From contig CAWISW010000003.1 of NCBI GenBank assembly GCA_963838925.1, positions 256,001 to 320,000 of the forward strand: a stretch of DNA of 64,000 nt, read 5' to 3'. Below are positions 28,399 through 37,018 of this stretch, one piece after another. Position 1 is the stretch's first letter. Every line of letters starts with the position of its first letter. The stretch is from an uncultured Nitrososphaerota archaeon. GTDB taxonomy: Archaea; Thermoproteota; Nitrososphaeria; Nitrososphaerales; Gagatemarchaeaceae. The position numbers and the translations under genes were made by a program. The notes under the pieces are model-generated. The model was not told where the DNA came from and did no database searches. It saw only the letters and a program-made list of their open reading frames with translations.

Positions 28399-29728
28399 CC
28401 GGGACTTGACCTCCGGCTCTCCTCAGGAACTGCCTCATCTCCCGGCCCTTGCCCGACTTCATCATGCTCTTTGTCTGACGGTACCTCGCGATGAGCTCCC
28501 TCACGTCCTTCTCGGTCCTCCCCGAACCCTGGGCAATCCGCTTCACCCTCGGGGCGTTCAGCTTCTCTGGCGCGGCCCTCTCCTCGGCGGTCATAGCCTG
28601 GATTATGCTCTTCCACGTCTTCATGTTCTTCTCCGCCTTCTCCAGGTCCTCGCTCTTCATGTTCCCTGAGACGCCGGGTATCAGGTCCAGGATCTTCTTC
28701 AGCGAGCCCATCTTGTTCACCTGCTCGAACTGGAAGAGGAAGTCGTCCATCGTGAGCCTGCCCGTCACCATGCGCTGGACCCTCTTCTCGTCCACCTCGC
28801 CCTCTACCTGCCTCGCCATGTCGAGGAGCGCCTTGAGGTCGCCCATCCCGAGGAGGCGCCCCACGAAGCGGGTGGCCGAGAACTCCTCGAGGTCGTCGAC
28901 CCTCTCGCCCGTCCCGATGAAGAACACCTTCGCCCCGGTCGCGCCCACTGCCGCCAGCGCCCCTCCTCCCTTGGCGGCTCCGTCGAGCTTCGTGACTATG
29001 ATCCCTCCGACGGGCGAGGCCTTGTGGAACGCCGCCGCCTGGTTGAAGGCCTGCTGGCCGATGGTCCCGTCGACTACCAGCAGGTTGAGGTCGGGCTTGA
29101 CCTTCGAGAAGATCCTGCTCATCTCGTCGAGCAGGCTCCGCTCCTCCTTGTGCCTCCCTGCCGTGTCGATTATTATGAGGTTCTTGCCGCCGTCCACGAA
29201 GAAGCGCCTCCCCGCTTCCGCTACCTTCACCGAGTCCTTCTCTTTCTCCTCCGAGTAGACCTCGACCCCGACCACCCCTGCAATGGTCTTCAGCTGGGTC
29301 ACCGCTCCAGGCCTGAAGGTGTCCGCTGCGACGACCCCGACCTTGAACCCCTTCTTGGCGTAGAACCTCGCAAGCTTCCCCACGGTGGTCGTCTTGCCGG
29401 AGCCCTGGATGCCGAGCATCACGACGACCGTCGGCTTGGTCCTGTCGAGCTTGAGCTCCTGGTCGCCGCCGAGCAGCTTGTCGAGCTCCTCGTAGAGTAT
29501 CTTCACTATCTGGTTCTTCCTGTCCAGGCCAGCCGGAGGCTTCTCCTCGAGCGCCCTGCGCTGGACGTTCTCGGTCACGCTCAGGACGAGCTTCACGTTC
29601 ACGTCCGCCTGGATCAGGGCGCGCTGGAGGTCGCGTACGAACTCCTTGATGGCGGCCTCATCGACCACATCTCCCTTGAGCAACTTTGTTATTGCGTTTT
29701 GCAAACCTTGCCTGAGCGAGTCCAGCAT
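28391..29728 (-). CDS. srp54: Signal recognition particle protein SRP54
   Basis: LIQADVNV, GIQGSGKTTT, DTFRPGA, DTAGRH, TKLDG, M domain R..RIA.GSG. Confidence 0.96.
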   Translation of the reverse strand: MLDSLRQGLQNAITKLLKGDVVDEAAIKEFVRDLQRALIQADVNVKLVLSVTENVQRRALEEKPPAGLDRKNQIVKILYEELDKLLGGDQELKLDRTKPTVVVMLGIQGSGKTTTVGKLARFYAKKGFKVGVVAADTFRPGAVTQLKTIAGVVGVEVYSEEKEKDSVKVAEAGRRFFVDGGKNLIIIDTAGRHKEERSLLDEMSRIFSKVKPDLNLLVVDGTIGQQAFNQAAAFHKASPVGGIIVTKLDGAAKGGGALAAVGATGAKVFFIGTGERVDDLEEFSATRFVGRLLGMGDLKALLDMARQVEGEVDEKRVQRMVTGRLTMDDFLFQFEQVNKMGSLKKILDLIPGVSGNMKSEDLEKAEKNMKTWKSIIQAMTAEERAAPEKLNAPRVKRIAQGSGRTEKDVRELIARYRQTKSMMKSGKGREMRQFLRRAGGQVPGG

Positions 29729-30021
29729 CGCGATACCCATTCCCGGCGACTTCGGGTTGCTTAAAAGATTGAGAGAATTCGATTCTCTGTATAGACGGAC
29801 ACAGATCAAGTAATGCGGATAGAAAGGTCAAGCGCGAGCTGGCTGCGGTAAGGAAGAGGTTGGAAGAGAAGGTCATCAAGGCTAGATGCTGCTTGAACTA
29901 ACTGGCCTATCAGCTGAATCAATTAATAGCGTGAAGCGACCGTTACCAGAATCCCGAATCTGGATACATAATTCACGCAAATCGTAAATAGGTCTGGCAG
30001 CATCTTTGACACGCATGATTC

Positions 30022-30384
30022 TTGACATTTGAAGAAGAATATTCTCTGGACCGAATCATGGCCCTAATACCAGTCGCTCTGCGGAGCCGTGTTCGCCGTC
30101 TCGCGCTTTCTGTTCTGATGAGAAGTGGAACCGGGCTTTCGATTTCCGAGATCGGTCGCGACTCCGGCCTCAGTCCAGGACAAGTTGTTGGCGCAATTCG
30201 TGGCGTGAAAGGCCAGTACGAACCTCAACTCTCGTTGATGCGGCTTCAAATTGTAAGTGAGACTATTTCGAAAACTCCAGGGCAGAGACAGCAGAAGACC
30301 TACAAGTTCAATGTGAAGAATCAAGACTTGCTAGATAGCATAGATAAAGTCCTCACACGATATCGGAGAGCGGGTGAGGGATAA
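30022..30384 (+). CDS. EarA-like (DUF1495) winged-helix transcriptional regulator
   Basis: SRVRR..L..L....LSISEIGR.....P.QV.GA..G..G.Y....SL..L.IV pattern matches the EarA family as recalled. Confidence 0.65.
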   Translation: MTFEEEYSLDRIMALIPVALRSRVRRLALSVLMRSGTGLSISEIGRDSGLSPGQVVGAIRGVKGQYEPQLSLMRLQIVSETISKTPGQRQQKTYKFNVKNQDLLDSIDKVLTRYRRAGEG

Positions 30385-30445
30385 CACCGATTTCGGTCAT
30401 AATTGGAAATCCGGTGCAGCGAATCCGAGACCAGAATACCTGTTC

Positions 30446-30493
30446 GTATGGCTGACCATACAGCTGTACCGATAGCGGTAGCTCTTGTTTAAA
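30446..30493 (+). promoter_or_regulatory. Candidate operator palindromes plus TATA box of the peptidase gene
   Basis: GTATGG-CTGA-CCATAC (30446-61), overlapping TACAGCTGTA (30459-68), TTTAAA at 30488-93. Confidence 0.5.
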
Positions 30494-30523
30494 CAGCTCT
30501 CGCGAGAACAACAACTTGAGAGA

Positions 30524-31786
30524 ATGAAAAATCTCCGACCTCTCCGAAACGCCTATGCTAGCATACCGTTGCTCTTTCTGCTGGCAATATCTCCGATTGT
30601 AATGCTCTCAACACTTGGAGCATCGGCTGCAGGAGTTACGACCTCGGCATGCACCACACAAAAACTAGGCGCTGACATGCTTGACGCGGGAAACGTCGTT
30701 AGCTCACAGGCTGTGCAGAACTTGGCGTCTCAATCCTCACAGTACCAAGCAGCTGTTGCTGGGTACAACTCAACCTTCACAGGGTACGCTGACGAGTACA
30801 ACACTGACCCGACAAACTGCACTGTTTCCTGGCATGATGCCGCCGCCAACTTCCTGCTTCAAAGCACCAAAGGCAAGTACATCGTAGTCGTCGCGGAAGA
30901 TCCTAGACTAGGCATCGTCTACAGCGTGACCGAGCACGGGTATACCTCTGCTTCGATATCGCCGACGAACTCCACAACATATTCAGGTTATGCAATTGCA
31001 AACAATTCAGCTGGGTCGCAATCAATTGACTACTCTACAGCTTTTTGGTACATTCCAGACCTCTCTGGTCCTTCAGGCGCCGGGCAGCCGCATTGTCTTT
31101 GGAGTGTAGACACTAACACGGAATGCGATTTGAGTGTCTGGACCGGGCTGCAGAACAACACCTACAATGGCAATCCCAGAACTTTCACTGGGACGAACGT
31201 AGTACTTCAGACAGGAACGCAAGGCAATTACACGTGCAACCACGGCAACTGCTATGTTAAAGCCTGGGGTTGGAGTGAGTGGCTAAAGGCGGGCAATTCT
31301 GCCGCCACTCCGAGAATTTTGGATTGCTCTTTCGACATGAGTCAGGGAGACGGTATGAGCGCAGAGGTTGGAAGTCAATTGCAAATCAATGGTACATCTG
31401 GTAGCACGTACTATACAATCCTGATAGACGAGAGTCTAGACAGGTCTTGTCAAGCCGAGTACCTTAACTCAAGCTATCCGGTACCCACACCGTATTACGC
31501 CATGTTCATCGCAGAACGACCGCAACCCAACGCAAATTGGTTTGCCCTGCCTAAATTCGAAACATTCGAGTTCGAGGATGTAGGAATGGGCACCGGGTCA
31601 AGCCAATTTGGAGCCTACCCGAACTATAACAACAACTGGGGGTTCGGCAGCTATATGAAAAACATCAATACGACCACTAGTGTCTGGACTCCGGATACCA
31701 CAACATCCTCCATGAGCACAATGGGCGGAGGAAGTGTTTACGGTCAATTCACTGAAACATATGATAGCAGTCTTGGTACTTATTAG
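30524..31786 (+). CDS. Secreted G1 (eqolisin/Peptidase_A4) glutamic peptidase with propeptide
   Basis: Signal peptide; TYSGYA, W.IP, VWTGL, catalytic LQTGT, WSEW, GDGMSAEV, catalytic FIAERP, LPKF..F.F. Confidence 0.75.
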   Translation: MKNLRPLRNAYASIPLLFLLAISPIVMLSTLGASAAGVTTSACTTQKLGADMLDAGNVVSSQAVQNLASQSSQYQAAVAGYNSTFTGYADEYNTDPTNCTVSWHDAAANFLLQSTKGKYIVVVAEDPRLGIVYSVTEHGYTSASISPTNSTTYSGYAIANNSAGSQSIDYSTAFWYIPDLSGPSGAGQPHCLWSVDTNTECDLSVWTGLQNNTYNGNPRTFTGTNVVLQTGTQGNYTCNHGNCYVKAWGWSEWLKAGNSAATPRILDCSFDMSQGDGMSAEVGSQLQINGTSGSTYYTILIDESLDRSCQAEYLNSSYPVPTPYYAMFIAERPQPNANWFALPKFETFEFEDVGMGTGSSQFGAYPNYNNNWGFGSYMKNINTTTSVWTPDTTTSSMSTMGGGSVYGQFTETYDSSLGTY

Positions 31787-31951
31787 GGCTAGCTGGCAGA
31801 GCCACTACTAAGAACGCTTAGCGTCAACGTTGGATAATCTCATTACCTTGAAGACCAAGAGGTACGGGAAACCTCTGCTGCTTCATTCCGTCGAGTCACG
31901 GAAAACCTTTAGCGCCGCGTAATCCTTGTTATCAGGCAGTGATCTCGCCAC

Positions 31952-32464
31952 TTGAGGGACGACACTGTTTCGTCTAGGTCTGTTGCCACCCTCACTCTCA
32001 TTATCGGAATCATCGTGGGGGCAGGGCTGACGTATCTCGTGACATCGACTGGTGGTATCGCAAGAGCAACGATGACAAGTATTGAGGTGTCAACTGTGAC
32101 CAATTCAACCTCAGTGACTATCTCCGCCAGCTATGCGGTGAATCTCACGGGGTGTAGCATAAGCAACAAGACCTGCACCTTCCTAGTCTCAGATGTCCCG
32201 CAGCCCGGGGATCACGATATCACCTTGGCTCAAGGTAACCAATGTCTATGGTTGAACTTTGCGAGCACCTTCGTGTCAGCCTCTGGCTGTGTCGTCTCGC
32301 CTTCACAGATTCTTTCACAGGGAAGTTCAGCGACCATAAAAGCGACCTTCCTAGACTGGGGAACACCGTCTCCGACTGTTGGAGAGAGCGTCAAGGGCTG
32401 CATCACAGAGAAGTACGCTGGCAGTGTCGGTTGCCTCCCATTCTTGGGGTCTTTCACACCTTGA
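31952..32464 (+). CDS. Membrane-anchored Cys-containing extracellular protein
   Basis: N-terminal TM helix, Thr/Ser linker, six Cys in a beta-rich domain. Confidence 0.65.
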   Translation: MRDDTVSSRSVATLTLIIGIIVGAGLTYLVTSTGGIARATMTSIEVSTVTNSTSVTISASYAVNLTGCSISNKTCTFLVSDVPQPGDHDITLAQGNQCLWLNFASTFVSASGCVVSPSQILSQGSSATIKATFLDWGTPSPTVGESVKGCITEKYAGSVGCLPFLGSFTP

Positions 32465-32560
32465 TGCAAACGTCTGAAGCTCGACAAGCAAAAAGGTAAC
32501 GATGGCCATTAAGTGACGTACTAGTATTAACTGAGAGCGTTCCATGAGCCACGCGGCCTA

Positions 32561-33247
32561 TTGAAAGTCGGGGTTCTCTTCTCCGGGGGAAAGGACAGTG
32601 CCTATGCCGCGTATCTAAGCAGGAAGAACGGCGACGAGCTGGCATGCCTGATCACCCTCTCTCCCGCGAGGTCCGACTCCTACATGTTCCACTACCCGAA
32701 CATCAAGTGGACCGCCCTGCAGGCAGAGGCGATGCGCCTTCCCCAGGTCCTAATCGAGACGAAGGGGGTGAAGGAGGAGGAACTCGCCGACCTGAGCAAG
32801 GCGATCATGACGGCGAGGCGACGCTATTCCATCGAAGGAGTCTACACGGGGGCGCTGGCCAGCGTCTATCAAAAGGAGAGGGTGGAGAGGATTTGCGACC
32901 AGCTCGACGTCAAGGCGGTGTCGCCTTTGTGGCACATCGACCAAGTCGCCCACCTGAGAAACATAGTCGCAGGCGGCTTCAAGGTGATTATGACGGGCGT
33001 TGCAGCGCTCGGGCTCGACGAGAGCTGGCTGGGAAGACCCCTTGACGAAAAGGCCGTCGACGACCTCGCAGCGCTCAACGTGAAGTATGGGATCAACCCC
33101 GGACTGGAAGGAGGGGAGGGCGAGACGTTCGTCCTCGACTGTCCGCTCTTCGACCGCCGCGTCGAGGTCGTGGCGTCGAGCAAGCACTGGGAGGGAGACC
33201 GTGGATACCTGGAGATTCTCCACGCCCGTCTCGTCCCGAAGAATTAG
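32561..33247 (+). CDS. dph6: Diphthine--ammonia ligase
   Basis: PP-loop FSGGKDS, SYMFH, EGGEGETFVLDCPLF. Confidence 0.92.
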   Translation: MKVGVLFSGGKDSAYAAYLSRKNGDELACLITLSPARSDSYMFHYPNIKWTALQAEAMRLPQVLIETKGVKEEELADLSKAIMTARRRYSIEGVYTGALASVYQKERVERICDQLDVKAVSPLWHIDQVAHLRNIVAGGFKVIMTGVAALGLDESWLGRPLDEKAVDDLAALNVKYGINPGLEGGEGETFVLDCPLFDRRVEVVASSKHWEGDRGYLEILHARLVPKN

Positions 33248-33392
33248 GTCTCAGCGCTATTCGAGACTAGCCCTATCGGTATTGGATCTCGTCAATGGAC
33301 TTCCCTCAGACGGCTCTTCCGTTGACCTCATCTAGAGCTAGTAGATGTTCGGCGATGTCTGGGATTAATAACGATATGACCGGTTCTTACGG

Positions 33393-33794
33393 CTAGCTGG
33401 TGCCCTTGACGCGCATGACCTTGCTCCGACCCATGACCACCCACACCTCTACTTCAGCGCCAGGCTGGAGCTTCCCCTGGAACTCGGGCTCGGTCGGCGT
33501 CGCGGTCTCCGTGACCTCGAAGGACTGCAGGTCCATCAGCTGGACCGTCGACTGCGTGGCGGAGATGACCTGGGCCGCCCTCTTGTCTATCATGGGCACC
33601 TCGATGTGGGTGTCCACCGTCCCTATCACCGTCTTCTTCGATCCAGTGAATATGGCGATACCCGTGAGCCTCACCTTGGCGCTTCCGTGCTTCCCCGGTT
33701 TGCTCTTCTCTACCTCGACCACCTTGCAAGGCTCGTTTTCGATGACGATGTAGCTGCCTTCCTTCAAACTGCCGAGGTCTGCTGGTCTGCTCAA
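33393..33794 (-). CDS. eif5a: Translation factor aIF5A
   Basis: Hypusine loop KSKPGKHGSAK. Confidence 0.97.
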   Translation of the reverse strand: MSRPADLGSLKEGSYIVIENEPCKVVEVEKSKPGKHGSAKVRLTGIAIFTGSKKTVIGTVDTHIEVPMIDKRAAQVISATQSTVQLMDLQSFEVTETATPTEPEFQGKLQPGAEVEVWVVMGRSKVMRVKGTS

Positions 33795-33941
33795 GCGCTC
33801 CCACGACTTTTCGGGACTCGGTAATTAAGCCTTGAACCCAAAGCCAAGGCCAAATGGCTCCCGCGCGCCTCTTTTGGGCGGTGAACTGCCGCTCTCAGGG
33901 ATAGACGACGGCACCGCATATTATTTATTAAACGAGCATTG

Positions 33942-34034
33942 AGGGTAGGAAGCGTTTGCAAGGGTGCAGGGAAGTTCTACCCGGGAGAACGGCCGCGCCG
34001 ACTCGGCTCGACCGGACGATGCAGGTGCTATCCT
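33942..34034 (+). ncRNA. Candidate structured ncRNA, HgcC-like
   Basis: GGTGCAGGGAAG-hairpin(GTTCT/AGAAC)-GGCCGCGCCG...CCGGACGATGCA with complementary flanks; TATA at ~33924-32; family name is from memory only. Confidence 0.5.
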
Positions 34035-34068
34035 AGCCTGTTCTGACTAAGACAGTGAAAGCCAGTTT

Positions 34069-34569
34069 TTGAACGAAAAGATTCACGTGCTCGACTCGAC
34101 CGCATTTTACGCCGGAATCCCCTTCCAGGGAGAAGGCAAGTACTTCACGACGTACCAAGTCCTTGACGAGGTCAGGGGCAGGGGCATCGGTGCCCAGCTG
34201 ATCCACTCGCGCGTCCAGGTCACGGAGCCGTCGAAGGAGTCCGTGAAGAAGGTCAAGGAGGCTTCCCAAAAGACGGGAGACCAGAAGTCGCTCTCCGAGG
34301 CCGACACCTCGATTCTCGCGGTCACCCTCGACCTCATAAGCTCCAAGCGCGACCAAGAGGTCGTCCTGGTGACGGACGACTTTGCGGTTCGAAACGTGGC
34401 CGAGGTCATCGGGATCAACCTCTCAGAGACGGCGATACGTGGCGAGTGGAAGAGGATTACCTGGGTGACCTACTGCAAGGGGTGCGGCAAGGAGTACGTG
34501 GACTCCAAGGCGTCGGTCTGCGGCGTCTGCGGGACGAAGTTGTCCAGGAAGCCCAGGGCCGCCAACTGA
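34069..34569 (+). CDS. nob1: Nob1 endonuclease (PIN + Zn ribbon)
   Basis: VLDSTAF, TGD...LSEAD, TDDFAVRNVA, C..C...C..CG. Confidence 0.92.
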   Translation: MNEKIHVLDSTAFYAGIPFQGEGKYFTTYQVLDEVRGRGIGAQLIHSRVQVTEPSKESVKKVKEASQKTGDQKSLSEADTSILAVTLDLISSKRDQEVVLVTDDFAVRNVAEVIGINLSETAIRGEWKRITWVTYCKGCGKEYVDSKASVCGVCGTKLSRKPRAAN

Positions 34570-34626
34570 CGAGCGCCGAGCAAGAATTTTCTTTTAATAA
34601 AGGGAGATTTTCTGGCCGAATCTGTT

Positions 34627-34728
34627 GGGCTGGTAGTTCAGTGGTAGAATGCCTGCCTCGCACGCAGGAGAGAGCGCCGGCAAGGCAGCTCCCTGAAGCC
34701 GAGGGTTCAAGTCCCTCCCAGTCCACCA
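34627..34728 (+). tRNA. tRNA-Ala(CGC) with a 27-nt intron at 45/46 (34671-34697); CCA encoded
   Basis: GGGCTGG/CCAGTCC acceptor with G3:U70; anticodon CGC at 34659-61; BHB CAGG/CCTG with AGA and AAG bulges restores the AGGCC variable loop. Confidence 0.92.
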
Positions 34729-34752
34729 ATACTCTTCTCTGAAAGCGAAAGG

Positions 34753-35529
34753 TCAGCGCAGCTTGCAGATTTCAGGCATCTTTCTCTTGTGCTCGGAGGC
34801 CTCGTACTTTGCGAGTATGGCATCCAGCTTCGCCTGGCTCAGCTTCAATTTTGCCGCGATTGCGGGCACCTCGAGCCCCTCCTCGAACCTGAGCTTGAAC
34901 AGCCGGTCGATGGTCTCGTAGCTCATCCCAATCTCCGCCTCCGCTATGTGCCCGGGCCACAGCCTCGGGCTGCTCTGCTTCGCGATTATCCTTCGGTTGA
35001 TTCCGAGCGCCTCCCCCAGGCTCCTGACCTCCGTCTTGTAGAGGTCCGCTATAGGGAGTATGTCGACGCCCCCGTCTCCGTACTTTGTGAAGTATCCTAG
35101 GAGCAGCTCCGAGCGGTCCCCCGTCCCGACCACCAGCCTGTTCATGACGTTGGCGTGGTAATAGAGCATCGACATTCTGATTCGCGCCCTGAGGTTGCCC
35201 TCGGCGAGCCTGTTCGGCTCTAGCGCCTTCAGGTACGCCTTGTGGATGGGAGCGATGTCGATGTCCTTGGTCTCTATGCAGAGCTCGCTCGCCACCAGCT
35301 TCGCGTCCTTGACGTCCGCCTCTGGCGTCGCCCTGAGATCCGGCATAATCAGCCCCACGACTCGGCGGCTGCCGAGAGCCTCGACGCTCAGGTAGGCGGT
35401 CACTGCAGAGTCTATTCCGCCGCTCAGGCCGATGACCGCGCCTTCTGCCTGGCTATCCTCGACTTTCCGTTTGATGAAGGAGACGATCCTGCGCTTCACA
35501 GAGGACAGGTCGAGCTCAGATGCTAACAA
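34753..35529 (-). CDS. nadE: NH3-dependent NAD+ synthetase
   Basis: GLSGGIDSAV, GNLRARIRM, GYFTKYGDGG, DLYKTEV, HKR; TTG at 35529 chosen. Confidence 0.95.
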   Translation of the reverse strand: MLASELDLSSVKRRIVSFIKRKVEDSQAEGAVIGLSGGIDSAVTAYLSVEALGSRRVVGLIMPDLRATPEADVKDAKLVASELCIETKDIDIAPIHKAYLKALEPNRLAEGNLRARIRMSMLYYHANVMNRLVVGTGDRSELLLGYFTKYGDGGVDILPIADLYKTEVRSLGEALGINRRIIAKQSSPRLWPGHIAEAEIGMSYETIDRLFKLRFEEGLEVPAIAAKLKLSQAKLDAILAKYEASEHKRKMPEICKLR

Positions 35530-35591
35530 GATGCCGTTCGGGGCCTGACGAAGTTGAAATAGTTTTTCTATGGGCCGGTAGCACGCGGGAC

Positions 35592-36812
35592 ATGGGGAAA
35601 AGGGACCTCCGCGACCGGCTGTTCTGGCTGGCGAACGAGAGGGAGATAAAGAGCGCAAAGACCACCGACATCTACTTCCTCAATACGAAAGAGGTCCTGA
35701 CGAAGCACCACATCGACACCGAGGTGGTCATGGAGGTCTACGCGCGCGACCTCCCCGAGAACACGACGTGGGGCGTGCTGAGCGGGGTGTACGAGGTCGC
35801 CAAGCTCCTTGAGGGCCTGCCGGTCGACGTCTGGGCGTTCGACGAGGGCTCGATATTCGTGGCCGATGGGAGGGGAGCGCTCTACGAGCCAGTGATGACG
35901 ATTTCTGGAAGGTACAGGGACTTCGTCGAGTACGAGAACCCAGTGCTGGGCCTCCTCTCCTCCTCGACGAGCATCTCTAGCAAGGCCGCGAGGTTCAGGG
36001 TCGCAGCCGGGGACAGGCAAATGGTCAGCTTCGGGACGAGGAGGGTCCACCCGGCCCTGGCACCCCTCATCGAGAGGGGATGCTACATGGCTGGCTTCGA
36101 CGGAGTGTCCAACGTGCTGGGCGGGAAGCTGCTGGGGGTCGAGCCCTCGGGGACGATGCCCCACGCGCTCGTCCAGGTCATAGGAGACCAAGAGAGGGCG
36201 TGGAGGCTCTACGACGAGACCATGCCGAAGGCCGTCAAGCGGACGGCGCTGATCGACACCTTCTGGGACGAGAAGACCGAGGCAATCAAGGCCTTCGAGA
36301 CGCTCGGCAAGAGCTTGTGGGGGGTGAGGCTGGACACGCCCGCCTCGAGGAGGGGGAACTTCAGGCAGATCATCGAGGAGGTCAAGTGGGAGCTCAAGAT
36401 CAGGGGCGGAGGCGCGGTCAAGATATTCGTGTCAGGCAGGCTGAACGAGGAGGACGTGGTCCATCTCAGGGACATCGTGGACGGCTTCGGGGTGGGGACG
36501 GCCGTCGCGTATCCGCCGAGCATCGACTTCAGCGCGAAGATAGTGGAGGTGCGAGAGAAGGGAAAGACCCACCTCAGGGCGAAGAGGGGCGGTCTCGGGG
36601 GGAGGAAGGAGGTGCACAGGTCCAAGGGGTTCAGGGACACGGTCGCCCTCAACGGCTCGCCCGCGCCAAGAGGGTCGAAGCGGATGTTGAAGCAGATCAT
36701 CCAGAAGGGCAAGCTGGTGGCTGACTTTGAGAGCATCGACTCGATACGCGACAGGGTCATGAGGGAGCTGCACGAGGTCACTGAGGCTGAGCCTGCCCTC
36801 GTCTGGGGCTAG
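35592..36812 (+). CDS. pncB: Nicotinate phosphoribosyltransferase
   Basis: TDIYF, SFGTRR, GTMPHA, VRLDTP, SG.L, DGFGVGT. Confidence 0.92.
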   Translation: MGKRDLRDRLFWLANEREIKSAKTTDIYFLNTKEVLTKHHIDTEVVMEVYARDLPENTTWGVLSGVYEVAKLLEGLPVDVWAFDEGSIFVADGRGALYEPVMTISGRYRDFVEYENPVLGLLSSSTSISSKAARFRVAAGDRQMVSFGTRRVHPALAPLIERGCYMAGFDGVSNVLGGKLLGVEPSGTMPHALVQVIGDQERAWRLYDETMPKAVKRTALIDTFWDEKTEAIKAFETLGKSLWGVRLDTPASRRGNFRQIIEEVKWELKIRGGGAVKIFVSGRLNEEDVVHLRDIVDGFGVGTAVAYPPSIDFSAKIVEVREKGKTHLRAKRGGLGGRKEVHRSKGFRDTVALNGSPAPRGSKRMLKQIIQKGKLVADFESIDSIRDRVMRELHEVTEAEPALVWG

Positions 36813-36840
36813 TCCCTAGAACGCAGTTGGGAGTTGGTTC

Positions 36841-36925
36841 GACGCGTGGCAGTTTCGTCTTCATCCTGACTTGCGTCAGTCGAGGTTGCCCGTCGAAGCA
36901 CGCCACGCGTCTTGTCCTGACGGGC
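36841..36925 (-). ncRNA. Candidate hairpin ncRNA with K-turn-like motif and GNRA loop
   Basis: 10-bp perfect stem 36841-50/36902-11; minus strand GA-CTGAC-GCAA-GTCAG-GAT-GA; extra 7-bp complement 36888-94/36919-25. Confidence 0.45.
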
Positions 36926-37018
36926 CAGCATAGGATATTATCTCTTCTGGAGGAGGAGGCCATGTCCGACCCTGAAATCGTTAATTAGCTCTCCCGGTCA
37001 GTTTTCCTAGGGACCAAC

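Noticed and set aside
29800-29900. Short charged reading frame ADRKVKRELAAVRKRLEEKV at the island edge
   Set aside because: No start codon and too short to assign; at most a gene remnant
33890-33912. CTCTCAGG resembling part of a glycine riboswitch
   Set aside because: The GGAGA and CCGAAG elements are absent and the gcv genes are far away
36850-36880. Hammerhead-like CTGA...GAAAC on the minus strand
   Set aside because: CUGANGA core not met (CTGACGC) and no three-way junction
36778-36963. 61-aa minus-strand ORF over the hairpin
   Set aside because: No protein-like features; the region is better explained as RNA structure
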